From Felis catus (taxonomy: Eukaryota): a stretch of 64,000 bases of DNA. The stretch covers positions 52,020,001-52,084,000 of the forward strand of contig NC_058382.1 of NCBI RefSeq assembly GCF_018350175.1. Direction: 5' to 3'. The translations under genes and the position numbers were made by a program. The notes under the pieces are model-generated. The model worked only from the letters and a program-made list of their open reading frames with translations, was not told where the DNA came from and searched no databases. Below are positions 37,557-50,883 of the stretch, piece after piece (within the stretch, counting starts at the first letter, position 1; every line of letters begins with the position of its first letter).

Positions 37557-38609
37557 ACCAGTAAGCCTCCCACTCTGTGTTGCCTCCAAGAAATTCTTTG
37601 ATTTCTTGTTTCCTTTTCTGTGTCTTAAAGCACTGAAGAAAAGCGAGTACACCTTGTCTTAACAGAGCCTCTAAAACGTTATGTGCTCGCGGGGCCGGCT
37701 GCACGTTTGAGCCAAATAAAACATCTAGTTGCGCACGCTTCCTCCAGCTATCTATCCTAGGAGGGCGAATCTCCGTTGGAATCTTTTGTGGCTGCTCCCC
37801 AATTGCACAGGCTCCCACTGCTGGGAACTGAGACCCCTCCAGGCTCTGAGTTTGCACTGAAGCTGCGTGCAAGCTGGAGTCCTCTCTCAGGGCCCGTGTG
37901 TCTTAACCAGCTCAGAGCACTCGCTCTCCTTTTTTGAAATGAAGTTAAGCCTAATCCCTAATCTCGTATATTACCTGCGTGGGGACTCCTACTGGGACCT
38001 TCTTGGCCCAGAGGCGGCAGTGGTAAGAGGGGAGCCAAACACAAATTTACATCTGGCCGCATCCTCAGGAGTCAGGCAAAAATCAGCCTCAGCTGGAAGG
38101 CGCCCTGCTCATCTCTGACATTCATGCCAAGCAGGTGCCCGATCACAGCTGATGGTTAGATTACACGTTTACTGAGAGGTAGATTTTAAAATTGGTGTGT
38201 TTCACTAATCCCTCATCATGGTGTTCCAAAACAAAATGTTATCAAACTAAAAACTCCTTCCCCTTTCCCCCTCGTCGGTGGGTCTGATTCTATTTAAGGA
38301 GATCTCAGCTTAAAAAGTGATGGAGAAACGGAGAATTTCTCTTACGAATTATATGTCTCTTGGGGACCCAGGCACTGTAATTACAGAGTGCCTTATCAAA
38401 AAGGTAAGCGTCAAACTGGTAACGATTCTTTGTGCTTTGTTTTGTTTCGCGCAGCCTGGCTTGTGGAAGGAAGTGAAGACTTTTGTGTACTTCCCCTTCT
38501 GAAAGCCAGCGTTGCTGGTACCTTCCATGCAGGATGGCTGTGGACCGTGTGACTATTGCAAGAGGACTCATCAGAAGTGGCAATTTAGTTTAAGAAAAAA
38601 AATGAGATA

Positions 38610-38816
38610 GTGGCTGGCTCATTCGGTTAAGTGACTTCGGTTCAGGTCGTGATCTTGTGGTGTGTGGGTTTGAGCCCCACGTCGGGCTCTGTGCCTACAG
38701 CTCACAGCCTGGAGCCTGCCTCAGATTCTGTGTTTCCCTCCCTCTGCCCCTCCCCTGCTTGCACTCTGTCTTTCTGTCTCTCAAAATAAATGAAAACATT
38801 AAAAACAAACAAACAA
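38610..38816 (+). mobile_element. Can-SINE, sense orientation, damaged 5' end
   Basis: tggctcattcggttaag...tttgagccccacgtcgggctctgtg...ctctcaaaataaa, A-rich tail. Confidence 0.9.
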
Positions 38817-40236
38817 TGCAAATACACACAGAGCCAAGCCACTGTTAGATTTTGTAAAACTTAAAAAAAAAGTGATTATATTAAAGATTCTTGGATGATC
38901 TGGGTTATATAGATTACAAGGGATACTTTTTCTTTAATGACTACAAGGTAAAGGATTATTCTTGGGCGTTTTTGCATTAAATTCAGTCTGCTCTAAAGTG
39001 CTGTACATTTTGTCTCCTTATTGCACATTTTGAGCAAATCTCTCATTTGAATGATTGCTCCCTAACCCATGCCAGTGAACGTCCAGTTCCTGGTTTTGTT
39101 CTGCATAAGGAGAAGCTGGAGGAGGTCTGACTATAGCAGAGTTAGTGGGCCTGTCTCCCGACACGTCTAGTTTCAACGGCCGAATCTCAGTCAGACTTCC
39201 GAGAAGTTACATCTTACAAAGTTATAAGCGGTGGAGAATGAAAGTCAATTTGGACGCTTCTAAAGTGAGCCTCAAAAAAGTGAATTTTCCTAGTGTGGCG
39301 TTCTGAGCACCTCCACATGACTTTGGGAGCATAAAGAATTTAATCTTTTCAAGAGGCGAAGTAATATACCACTTTTTAGAAGGTGAGAGTCAAGGTCGAT
39401 CTGAAATAAAAAAAAGGGGGGGGGGCAGGGGCTTGAATTAGAAAGCGGGCTGCATTGCTCCCACTGAAGATGCGGGCTTGGAGAAGGCTTTTCATTTCTG
39501 GAAGCTCTCAGTGGAATGGAGAAGTTGTTTTTTTCTTTTTTTGAACAGTCCCTTCCTAACCCTGCTTCTTAATTGACAAGATTGGAAAATGCTTTGGGAG
39601 ATAGGCTGGTCATGGCCCCATCGGTTGTTGAGAAAGTAAAAAAGAAAGGGGTCTTTTTCTGGACAAGTGTGGTGCGGGACCTCGGCGGCCTCCCTGCTTG
39701 CTCTGCAGCATAAAGAACCCCGTCTCAAGCGGGCTGGCAAAGTGACGGAGGCCTCCGTCGTGAAAGGAAATCCTGGCCCAGCTGTGAAAACAATGAACTT
39801 GCTCAGTAACATAATCCAGCGCGCTTGCAGATTCAGAGTTGGGTTCTCTCCTCTTGAAGTGGCTATAAATTAATCCATCAAAGTGAAAAAGGCCAAACTT
39901 CAGGGTAAACCGTTTCCACTTGCAAGCACCAGAGACACTGTGGTTCTCTTGGTAATACTGCTGTGGGTGGGGAGTTCTGTAAGGAGGTAACACCAGCGGG
40001 GGGAGTGTGCGTGTGTGTGTGTGTGCGTGCGTGCATGCGTGCGATTTTTTACTTATAAAAAAGCGTTGCCTTCCGAAGAGCATAGACTTGGGCCAAAGTA
40101 GCATGCTCTGAATTTGAGAGGTTATACAGAGCTGTCATGTTCTTTCCTGTATTACTGCCAAAGAGTAAAAGAAACTGTACCTTCTTGAGCGCCTTGAAAA
40201 TACATACTAGTTTCTACAGCCAATAAGCTGGATTTA

Positions 40237-40238
<2 letters not shown>

Positions 40239-40273
<35 letters not shown>
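40239..40273. repeat. (GT)n microsatellite
   Basis: About 17 GT units; a second TG/CG mixed tract at ~40004-40042. Confidence 0.9.
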
Positions 40274-40275
<2 letters not shown>

Positions 40276-41710
40276 AATGGGAAGCCTTTGCTTTTTATTT
40301 CTTCTATTTCGTCCTGTTTTATTTACCTCCCTAAGGATCTGGCCTGCATTTATAACAGTGCCATATGTACAGTTTGCTAAAAAATCCAGCGTGATGCCAC
40401 TTTCTTCTTGAGACTGGGAGGGGGGAGGGGGTGGTTGCGGGGGGAGGTCTTTGTCTTTGGCCTTAATAAAGATCTCCAAAGTTTGGCGCTGAAACCTTTC
40501 AGAAATGAAGGAAAAAGTTTGAGCATGGCTTGGTAAGCCTAGGGTGTTAAGAACGTCCCTTGTAAAAGGACTTACTGGTTGAAAGTGTAGAGGCAGGGTT
40601 CAGCGAAGTCCGTGCTTGTACGTTGTTGACCTTGGAGAATGTGGAGAGAAACGTTATTTCTGCGGATTAGTTATCCTGTCTCATAGGCCTTGCACAGAGA
40701 AATGTTTGTGAAAGCAAAGGATGGTGTTAATTCTGAGCCCTGTGATGAAATATTAAATAAGAGAGAAGGTAATTTGATAATGCATCACAGTTTGGGGACA
40801 GATTCCATTAAGTAAGTACGTTTATGTAATCAAGTAGCTGAAGAGGCCTGAATCCTTTGCCTTGACAAGATGACACAGAAAAGGAACGGGCGTTGTTGGT
40901 CGGCCGTTGGCACTGAAGCCCGTGGCGTGCGGACCATTTCTCTCTTTCAGAAGGACAACCATGCTCAGTAAGATTTAGCTTAAATCACACAGATGCCGAA
41001 AACGTAAACATGTGTTGTCAGGGCCACAAAGAGTACGTATCAGTTTCTATCAGTCGAGTGGAGCAGAGGCAATTAGGGGACAGTGGAGCTGGTGAGTGGT
41101 GTTCCCGCTTGGTTTTTCCTGCCCTCAGGGGGCTCCTCCTACTCTAGACTCAGTTTTGCCCTTTGATCTTGGGAGTCCCAAGACCTCTGGGGCCCGTTAG
41201 TTTTCTCAGAGATGCAGTGATGACAATGGTCCTTCGTAGGGTTGCCGTGAAGAGCATCCGAGAGTTAGATAATGTGTTTCCTGAAGCTCCTGGCGGCGGC
41301 CCAGCACGAAGTGATGCTCGCTCCCGCATCCTCCTCTTCACCTTCTTTCTCTGGGCTTCTCTAAAACCAGGATGCTCAAAACACGTCTGGTGTATTCTCT
41401 TTGCTTTCTCACTTGGGTTGATTCCTCTGTGTTAAAATTTGCAAAGGCCCACTGTGATCACTTAGATACATTCCGCCATTCGCATTTAGCCTCTTATTCT
41501 TTCAGGTGTACACGCGTGTGTTAAAAGTGGAAACGGCATCCATGCTACAAATGCAAATGAGGCTTCCCAGGCCCCTACCAATAGCTCATGTGCCCAAGTA
41601 GTCAGTGTGTAAATTTAAACATGTCCCTCCCCTACCTTTGTGTGTCACCGAGGGGGATCACACGTGTTACTCTGTAATTTCAATGTTTTTTCTTAATCAT
41701 ATAACAGGGA

Positions 41711-41823
41711 GGGGTACCTGGGTGGCTCAGTCGGTCAGGTCGTGATCTCACGGTTCCTGCGTTCGAGCCCCATGTCGGGCTCTGTGCTTTCAGCTCAGAG
41801 CCTGGAGCCTCCTTCAGATTCTT

Positions 41824-41856
<33 letters not shown>

Positions 41857-41926
41857 GTTCCTCCCCTGCTTACGCCCTGTCTTGGTCTCTCAAAAATGAA
41901 TAAAAACGTTAAAAAAAATTTTTAAG
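41711..41926 (+). mobile_element. Can-SINE, sense, internal deletion, 11-bp TSD
   Basis: TSD tataacaggga 41700-41710 and 41927-41937; appears to lie within an old L1M relic (~41530-42130). Confidence 0.92.
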
Positions 41927-42140
41927 TATAACAGGGAAATGGACGTTTAGATTCATTCCGGTTTTTTGGTTGTTTATGCAATGCTGGTTTATGCAACATT
42001 CCTCTCCCATATTTGCTCATATGGGCAAGTGTATTTGTAGGACAAGTTTCTGGACGTGGAATAGCTGGGTGAAAGGGTGTGGCCATGTACAATTTGATAG
42101 ATAGAACTCAATTGCCCCCAAAGATGTTGAATCATTTTGT

Positions 42141-42347
42141 TATTTATTTAAAAATTTTTTTTTGAGGGAGAGAGAGGCAGAGGGAGACAGGGAGAGGGAC
42201 AGAGGGAGAGAGACAATATTAAGCAGGCCCCACACTCCATGTGGAGCCTGACACGGGGCTCAATCCTGAGAGCCTGGGATCATGACCTGAGCTGAAGTGA
42301 CCTGAGCTGATCATGACCTGATTTGGATGCTCACTTAACTGAGCCAC
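42141..42347 (-). mobile_element. Older Can-SINE with internal tgacctgagctga duplication
   Basis: Body visible; degenerate TSD gttgaatcattttgtt / gttgagtccttttgtt. Confidence 0.85.
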
Positions 42348-45300
42348 GTTGAGTCCTTTTGTTTCCCACTCCCCTGTTCCCCCCACCATTGATATATGTG
42401 GCTGCCTGGTTCCCCCAGACCCTGATCTGCATGGACCGTGCTCAATTTAGTTGTCCTTACAAAGTCTGTCTTCACTGGGGCTGCCTAGGGCCATGTTAAT
42501 TATAATATCTTTGGGCACTATTTTCTCTGTAATGCCGAATACACGGGGTACACACGGTCCCTGCCCGGTGGGATGAGAACTTACTCGGGCAGCACAAGTA
42601 GGCAGCCTGGGGTCAGTCTTGCCTCTTGAGGGATCCCAGACAGTCACTTGGAATTTACCCTGTGGTTTTAGAAAACTTACGGCCTTAGTGTTGCACTGCC
42701 CAAAACACGTAAATGCAGCCTGGCGGTATTTCCAAAAGATGCTCTGTGTGACGTGGCCATTTCCTGCTGCTGTATCCCTCCCTCTCCAGTTGGTATCTTT
42801 CTTTGGTAAACGATTATATTTGAAGCCTGCGTATGTTACAAGGGCTATTGCTGGGACTTGTTGCCAGCTGTCCATAACACATGCATTTAAAAGCAGGGCT
42901 GATTATGCCTTATTTTCCTCTGGAGAGGCCCGTATAGTTTTGTAATTTATTAAGAATTGGCCGTCACAGTTAGTGTTGAGCGAGTGTGATTTGTGACTCT
43001 TCCGAACTGAGAACTACGTAATTGAGATGGCGTGGCAGGGAAATGTAAACGTTCAGGTAGTTGAAGTGGCGACAGAAGCAGCAGGGTGGGTTATCTGGTC
43101 ACTGCACTTGTGGCACTGACCTTAGGGCGTTGGTGAATATGTCTCCTGGACCTTCATTTGAAGTGCCCTCAGAGCGTCGATTTCAGCATCGTGGTCAACA
43201 TGGAGTCACCGTAATTTCATTCACATGAATCAGATCACTTTGGGAAGTTCGGTCCTTGTACTTACAGGGAGGATATTGGGGAAGCTGAACGCAGTGGTGA
43301 ATTAACACAAAAGTTGTCCCCAGGTTTGAATTTTCCGCAAAGCTAACTCAGGATGAAAGACCTCAGGCTCACCTTGTTCTGTACGCGTTGGTAGAGCTCC
43401 AGGGTGGGGGAGTTGGCGGGTGCTGGAAGGTTCTGCAACTTGTTGATCCGTTCATTCCTAAAGATTGCTGTAGTGGTATGTTGGGGGGCGGGGATCACCT
43501 TCTTCCCGGCCTTTTAATTGTGTGCATTTGCAAGTATCATTTGTCTCCAGTGTTTCTCAATTATAAATTAATAATAACAACCCATTAGAAATTACGGGTG
43601 CTGTAAGCCCCAACTCCTTTGGGCATCTTAATAAAAATGATAATTAAAACCATAATTTACAGTAAATGGGGACACTGCCCAAGTAAATCCACAATATGGA
43701 GAAAATTAAAAAAACCCAAACCAGAAGGAGACTTTGAGTGCTAGGGAAAGAACTGACCTTGTTCTTAGCAACTAGGGTCTTTGTCCGTATTTGTGAGGAC
43801 TGGGTTCCCACCTTGATGTCCATTGTGCCTGAGGAATCCATGACTCTGTCCCCACTTATCTGTCCTGCCAGTGAGTTGGACCGGGGATGGTCACCTGCTC
43901 CACCCGCCCCCTCCACCGCCACGCACAAACCCACCCCTCCTCCTCCACATTCACTGCCTGCGTAAACCAGTGGACAACCTCTTCCGGGGCCGGGCTGGCA
44001 TCTGTGGAGACATGGGGTTCTCCCTCAGACCTAGACTCAGGCAGTCGTCAGGCTTTGGTGCGATGTTTACCTCCCAGATTATTTTCTCATTTTTCCCTTA
44101 GTTGTTCAGCCTACGAGGATACCTTATCCCTTCCTGGCTGTTCACAAGGCTTCAGTGTCTTCAGCTTACCCACCTTCTGTATGACCACCGGAGGGATCTT
44201 AAGTGAATAAAATAATAATAATGATAATTAGTATTTTAACTATATAATACGTATCACTGTATAACATGTCATTAGTTATAATACTGATACTAATTATTAC
44301 TCTTCCTAGTGCTGCTCTCTGCCCACATTCTTCCACAGCTCCCTGCCAGCTGCCAGGACCCCACAGTTTCTGCTTGCCAGACACGGTTTCTTCTGTCATG
44401 TTCCCTCTTCCTCATTCATGCGGGCCCCGTCTCCAGTCCATGATATTGTCTTGGCCTTTCTTGCCTCAACTGGTTCATTTTTACATCCTCTGGTCCCAGC
44501 ATGGTTCTCGCCCAGAGTTTCTGCTCCCGCTCAGTGACATTTGGGAAACGCAAAGAAGGCAGGTCACGAAATGTGCAGCCCGGATCCTGATTCTTAGAGG
44601 TCCCCGGGTCATTCTCCTGCGTTTCCCAGCGCAAAGCGAGTGCTGCCTCCTGGTCTTGCGGGGTGTCGCTGGCATCCTGATGTTCTCATGCTTGACAGAG
44701 TGGGACCTGACGGGGTTCCAATAAAGTCTTGAGCCGGTCAGTGTGAAGCATTCTTTGAGATGCGATAATTCGGATGTGAAAATTCTGACCGAGGCAGTTT
44801 TGTGGCCACGCTTGAGCATTGTGTCTAGCATGAATCTTACCTGTATCGTGTGTGCGCGAGCATCGAATGCCTGCAAGGGTCTGGCAGGTAAAGTCAGCAG
44901 CGTGGGTGGTGACCATGGCCAACAGGAGGGCACAGACCCCATCTCTAGCCTGGGGCGGCAGTGCGATTAGGGGCCCCGTGTGGTCCTGTCCTAAGCTTTT
45001 TCAGAGAAGGTGGACATCTTCCCTCAGATACATAATCTCTTGGGTGTTTTTTTTTTTTTTTTTTTTTTTTTTTTTGATCCTGGTGACTAATTCATATTAG
45101 GAAGGAAGGGAGGAAGAGAAAGTGGGAAGTAGAACAGGGGAAGGAAGAAAGAGAGGAGAGGAGAGGAGGAGGGGGAGGGGGGGAAACAGTGTTTGAGCCC
45201 AAACAGAACAGGCGGTGGGTTTGATTGATCCTTTGATGAGCAGTTTGTAGCCTCCACTCTAGAGAATGAAATCTAGTGTGAGAAAGCAGGTATTTAACAT

Positions 45301-45820
45301 TTAGGGGGGGAGTGTTTTCCTTTTTATGGTATTTTAATGTTTATATGCAAATCTTTAAACCCGACAGCAAGATGTTAACCTTCATGGCCACTTACTCTTC
45401 CCGATTGGATCAGACGTAACAAGTGCTAGAAAGCGGATGGTGCCCATTGTTTTAAAACGTCTTCTCTGTTTTTTTTTTTTTTTTATATTATTAGCTTTAA
45501 ATATTCTTCTGAACGCACTTGCCACCTCCGTGTAGTTAAGCCGGTTCAATTTAAACATTGTCATCAAGTTAATTTTTTATAAGATGAATCAGGTTATTAA
45601 ATTTAGTAAACCATTGCCTTCATTATTTTGCACAAACTTTGGCACTGAGCACGATTGGCTCAGCACAAGTACATTTAGCTAATTAAACCGGTCATCAGCC
45701 TCGGTGTTAGGAGCATGAGGGATGCTATTCTCATGAGCTTTGCCGGGACTCTAGCAGTAGGTAGCATTATTAAACTTTTTTTTTCTTTCTTTTTTTTTCC
45801 TTTCCCTCTTGTTTTTCTCC

Positions 45821-45970
45821 TCCACCTCCCTCCACCCCCCTCCACCCCCCTCCACCCCCCTCCACCCCCCTCCACCCCCCTCCACCCCCCTCCACCCCCC
45901 TCCACCCCCCTCCACCCCCCTCCACCCCCCTCCACCTCCCTCCACCCCCCTCCACCCCCCTCCTCCCCCC
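45821..45970. repeat. 10-bp minisatellite (TCCACCCCCC)x15, followed by a polypyrimidine tract to ~46100
   Basis: 14 consecutive units 45821-45960 (two with one C>T) plus a variant unit 45961-45970. Confidence 0.97.
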
Positions 45971-48344
45971 TCCACCTTCCTTGTCCCCCCTCCTTCCCCC
46001 TCTTCCCCCCTCCCCACTCCTCCTCCTCCTCTTTCTTCTTCCTCCTCCTTCCTCTTCCCTCCTTCCTCTTCCCTCCTCCTCCTCCTTTTTTTTTTTTTTT
46101 TATAGAACTCTACACGCTAGAGAGATGGTTTACTGTAGGAGTGTTAGTGTTACTGTCCTTCCTGTTAAACCTTCATCTTTTGAAATCTCCATGCTTTGGT
46201 TGGGGCTCCAAAGGCAATTGTAAAGGATAAGAAAATGGAGCTGTGTCTTGCAGCTTTTAAAAGGTGACCGGCAACATGTAGCGCGGTGCTCAGATAAAGG
46301 AAGATGTAAGAGCCAGAGGGTAATTCTCCACAACACAGGAGTATATGGCTGCTTGGTAACCACAGCCAGGGATTCCATAAAGCAGAGAGGGTGCAGATCT
46401 GTGGTCTGTGTTCCTCTTGGTACTAAAAACTCCTTTGCTGTAGGTCATTTTGTCGAGTGAGTTAGTAGCATGGTTTAAGAGACTTGTTTGGAAAAATAAA
46501 TTCGGATAGAACATGCACATGCCGTTTCCCCTACAGATTGCCAGGTAGTGTCATTCAAAACCTCGGTGAGCCCTGTTTTGCAGGATCTTAATATTTTATT
46601 CATTGGTAAAAAGGAAGTTAGGGAGCCGTCCGTGTTGTTTGAAACAACTTGGATTGCTTTGAAATAGTCCAGAGTTGTAGCCTATTAGTCACCTGTAAGA
46701 ACCATTCATTCCTCGGGCAGATATTTATTGAATCCAAATGGGTGTTAGTCCTATAGGATACAGAGATCAGAAAGGCACAGATTCTACAGAGTTTACAGTT
46801 AACCTGGTGAATGGATGAATAAAGCCCCGGGGGGGCCTGGCCCTGCATTGTATCAGTGTTCTCTCAGTCCTTTAAAAATATGGTTGCTAACCAATGGCTG
46901 AGTGTTGTGTCCCCCATTCTTCCTCCGCATCATTTTTTTCTTCCTATGCCCTCTGATGAAAATGTGACAAAAAATACTTCTGGTAATTGCTCTGACCTGG
47001 ACGTTTCACAGGGACACAGAGTCTGCCATTTTCAACAAGCTCTTCTGGGTGTGTAAAGTCCTAGGAGTGCAAGTGAAGTCATTTTTGGCCACTTCATGTT
47101 CCCTCCATATGGCTGTCAGTATTTCATTAGTCCGATTGATGTAGCACATCGGTTAGCAAGATTTTGTCCTAGGCCTGCCCCCGTCCAGTCTCGGAACAGC
47201 TGGGCTATAAAACCTGGTGCTTTACTTCTTTCTCTTTCGCCCATGATGTTAGGTATCCTTTGCCACTGGTGGTAAGTGGTGAAGTTGGCATCACGGATCA
47301 AAATTAGTAAATTCCAGATTATTGTCTTCTGGCCTCATGGCTTGAAGATAAGGTTTCAAGCAGCTTTCACCACATACACCAGAGAGGGTGAAAACAGATT
47401 TAGATGTTAACTGTTTCAGATGTGAAATCCTTCGGGCAGTATGTGAACATCAGGTTCAAATATAGGAGGTTCTCCTTAGATAACGTTAAGTGAATATTTG
47501 GGATGCAGAACTTGGCATAACCTGAAAAATAGCTCAAGTTGTTTCCACAGTCAAGGTCGCGTGTGCTCTGGAGCCAGTATTCAGACAAATGGAATGGTGG
47601 GTCTTATAGCTAATTTCTTTAAATTCTGGTTGATGTTAAAGCCAGTCAGCTCCTGGGTTTGCTGTTGGGAGCAGATGGAGGAGAGAGTGTTAAGTTTTCA
47701 GTCGTAATGACTGTGTTATATTTGATAGGTCCTGCAAGTCACAGAGGAGACACAGGACCTGAGGATTTTGGAAAGAACTGGGAATTCACATTTATTTTCT
47801 ACCTACTATTTTTATGTTAGGCTCTTAGTGTAAGTTGACTACTTACTCCTCATTTTAAGGAGAGATAGCTGGGTTTCTGATAGGTTAAAGGCATAGCCCA
47901 CAGCTTATAAATAGCTAGAGCTGCGGTCAACGTAAGTGTGTCGAACTCCTGAGTTTGAGTTTTCCACTATGCTTTGCTGGCTTCCCTTGAGAGCTAGTTT
48001 ATATAAATAGACTGGCCTCCGTGAAGATTCGATCTGTGGGAGATAAGAATGGATGGATTTTGCTAGACTCTTTCACACGGCTATCTCAGCGAGGTACTGG
48101 TATGCGGATCTCTCACACATCTTCACGGTATCTTGGAAACAGCAGTCGGTGGCCGTTTGACATGGCGTTGGCTGAATGACGTTCCTGCCCCCTCCAGTAG
48201 GATTGGTTCATTCGCTGTTGCGGGGTTTGCCGTGTGGTCTTTCTCACAGCTCACAAGACACGCCATTTCGCCCTTAGAGTAGTGTGTGGTGTGCAGGCTC
48301 CTGGTTGTTCTACGTCTTTGCCAACATTTGGTGTGGTCACTTGA

Positions 48345-48414
48345 AAAAATTTTTTTGAATATTAATTTATTTTTGAGAGAGAGAGAGAGCGAGCGTTGGG
48401 GAGCGGCAGAGAAA
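48345..48414 (-). mobile_element. Can-SINE tail-only fragment
   Basis: atttatttttgagagagagagagagcgagcgttggggagcggcagaga, then an abrupt break. Confidence 0.75.
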
Positions 48415-48559
48415 CCATGAACTCTTCAAAGACAGTGACCATGTCTGAGTCTTTATTCCTTATTCTTTGTGTTGAGCGCAGGATCTGCTCATTCTCAGAT
48501 GGTCATTAAACAGCAGACTGTGCTGTGATCTCTTCCTATGGCTTGGTCTTCATCTTGGG

Positions 48560-48773
48560 GATGGGGCTCAACCTCAACCATGCTGACACTTTGGGCTAGG
48601 TGCTTCCCCCTCGTGGGGGACCATCCTGTGCTTTGTAGGGTATTTTGTAGCACTTCTGGCCTTTACCCACGAGTTGCCAATAGCACCTTATCCCCAGTCG
48701 TGACCACTGAAAATGTCTCTCGGTGTTTGCAACTGTCTTCCAGGGGACAGATGGCCTCTGGCTGAGAGCCACT
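48560..48773. mobile_element. MER20-like transposon ~90 nt upstream of exon 5
   Basis: ctcaacctcaaccatgctgacactttgggc...catcctgtgctttgtaggg...ccccagtcgtgaccactgaaaatgtctc...gctgagagccact. Confidence 0.75.
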
Positions 48774-48859
48774 TGGGTAATGTGTGTGGTGCTCAGTAAA
48801 GGCCGTTCAGCTGAGTCAATGTTTTGCATTTGTGTTTTCTAATGTTGACTTTCCTTTAA

Positions 48860-49054
<195 letters not shown>

Positions 49055-49469
49055 TAGTACAGTGCATAAAGTTTATTGCTCTTGGAATAACGTTTTTCTT
49101 TATTTTTAAAGTCATATTCTCTTTGTTTATTTTATGAATGAAAGGGCAAGCAAGCCTGTTATTATCCACACGTTTGTTTATGGTTCATTGTCAATGTCAT
49201 CTTCTTTATTAGTCAGAGGTTTGAGAATGTTTACTCATTCAGCTCATTTATTAAGAAAAATAAAATGTGGTTAACGCCGTGTATGCAGCTAAGGGTTTGT
49301 TATGCTTACGGTTTGTAAGATTAGAAGGCGGTGGGGGCGGGGGCAGTGGGCTTGAACCTTATCTCTGCTTTTCACTTTTTGCTCTTCTCTCTCTGTGTGG
49401 ATGTGGGTGTTGCGCACAGACATTTACCGAAGGCCTGCAGTACTGTTGAGGCTAAGGAATCAGCATATC

Positions 49470-50000
49470 AAACAGAACAGAGTCCCTGTCCTCCCCTGGG
49501 CTTGCCTTCTGTAGGAGAAACAGACTGTTAGGGGTCATTCCGTTTAATACCGAACACAGTGCCAAGTTGTCATAAACACTGTGAAGCACGGTAAAGCAGA
49601 GCGAGGGACGAACAGGTGTAGCGTGGACTACGTGAGGTTGGGCAGTTCGCAGAGAACCCTCTGAGGCTGTGACGTCTGGTCTGACCCTCAGATGAAGTAA
49701 CGCAGCAGGCTGCGTCAGTGCCCGGGGCGGGGGGTGTGTTTTCTAAGCAGCGGGAGCGGCACGTGCAAAGGCCCGGGCTTGGGAGCGTGCCTGGAGGATT
49801 CAGAGTCAGCAGGGAGGCTGGTGTGGCTGGAGCCAAATGGCAGGGGAGGAGGGGGACAGAGGTGCTGCGGGGCGTCACTGGGACCTCAGAGTCAGTGAGG
49901 AAGAAGACATGAGCGGGTCTGAGCCAGAGAGTGGCCCAGGTTGGTCACTTGTGTAACAGGATCGCTGGGCTTCAGTGTGAAGTGTAGACTGTGTTCGTTC
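49470..50000. mobile_element. L2-like ancient LINE fragment
   Basis: aacagaacagagtccctgtcctc...gcacgtgcaaaggccc...agggaggctggtgtggctggag. Confidence 0.6.
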
Positions 50001-50507
50001 ATTCGCTTGTCTCGTATTCGTGTATTTATGACGTGGACCCTGTCATAGGTACTGCGGTCTTCTGTTAAGGAAACCCTGTCTTTGTAGAACTTTCAGCCCA
50101 GGGTGGAAGTGTGATTTAACCAAAGACACATAAACGTCAGTGAAAACTTGACATGGCAGTACTAGGTCCTAGGAAGTGTACGTCGTTCTTGGAAATGGTG
50201 AGTAACGCCTGGACGCGGGGACATTCAGAGTCCCCGAGAAGGAAGTGACTGAGCTGACATCTCAGGAAAGACCCGGGGTGGGGGGCCGGGGGCGGGGGAC
50301 GGAGAAGGTCAGACTGGGCAGAGGGCATGGACTGTGTGGCGGCCCTGGGAGGAGGAGACCCTCGAGTGGCTGGGAGCAGAGCGGGAGGGCGGTCGGACAG
50401 CCCTTGCCGAGGCCGTCTTCCTTTCCTGGGTGCTGTGGAAGACTTCTTGCCATCCGAAGAAACACACCATGGTGCCTGTAGGAGAACGTCTGATGTTTTG
50501 GGTTTGT

Positions 50508-50602
50508 GGAGTCTGCTTGGGATTCTCTCTCTCTCTTTATCTCTGCCTCTCCCCGGTTCATGCTCTCTCAAAAGTAAATAAATAAACTTTAAAAAAAAAA
50601 AA
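50508..50602 (+). mobile_element. 5'-truncated sense Can-SINE
   Basis: ggagtctgcttgggattctctctctc...ctctcaaaagtaaataaataaac followed by poly-A. Confidence 0.85.
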
Positions 50603-50664
50603 GGAAGATTAATTTCTGCCTTTTCAGTATACTTCAAATGAAATATTTCCAATTCAGTAAATCT

Positions 50665-50883
50665 CTTTTTATGTATTTAAAATTTTTTTTTAATGTTTAT
50701 TTTTGAGAGCACGAGCAGGAGAGGGGCAGAGAGAGGGGGAGACACAGAATCTGAAACAGGCTCCAGGCTCTAGGCTCCAAGCTGTCTGCACAGAACCCGA
50801 CGTGGGGCTTGAACCCACAAACTGCAAGATTATGACTTGAGCTGAAGTTGGATGCTTAACTGACTGAGCCACCCAGGCGCCCC
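50665..50883 (-). mobile_element. Can-SINE
   Basis: Typical body ending cccaggcgcccc; partial TSD aattcagta. Confidence 0.93.

Noticed and set aside
41488..41512. Possible recursive splice site cttattctttcag|GTGTAC
   Set aside because: Good acceptor but the regenerated donor is far from GTRAG; unsupported without nascent-RNA sawtooth data.
45821..45970. Regular repeat array as a CRISPR-like locus
   Set aside because: No unique spacers, 10-bp unit, eukaryotic intron; it is a minisatellite.
45675..46230. Pro-rich and Gly-rich repetitive ORFs (PPPPSTPLH / GGGGWRGVE)
   Set aside because: Translations of the 10-bp minisatellite in all frames.
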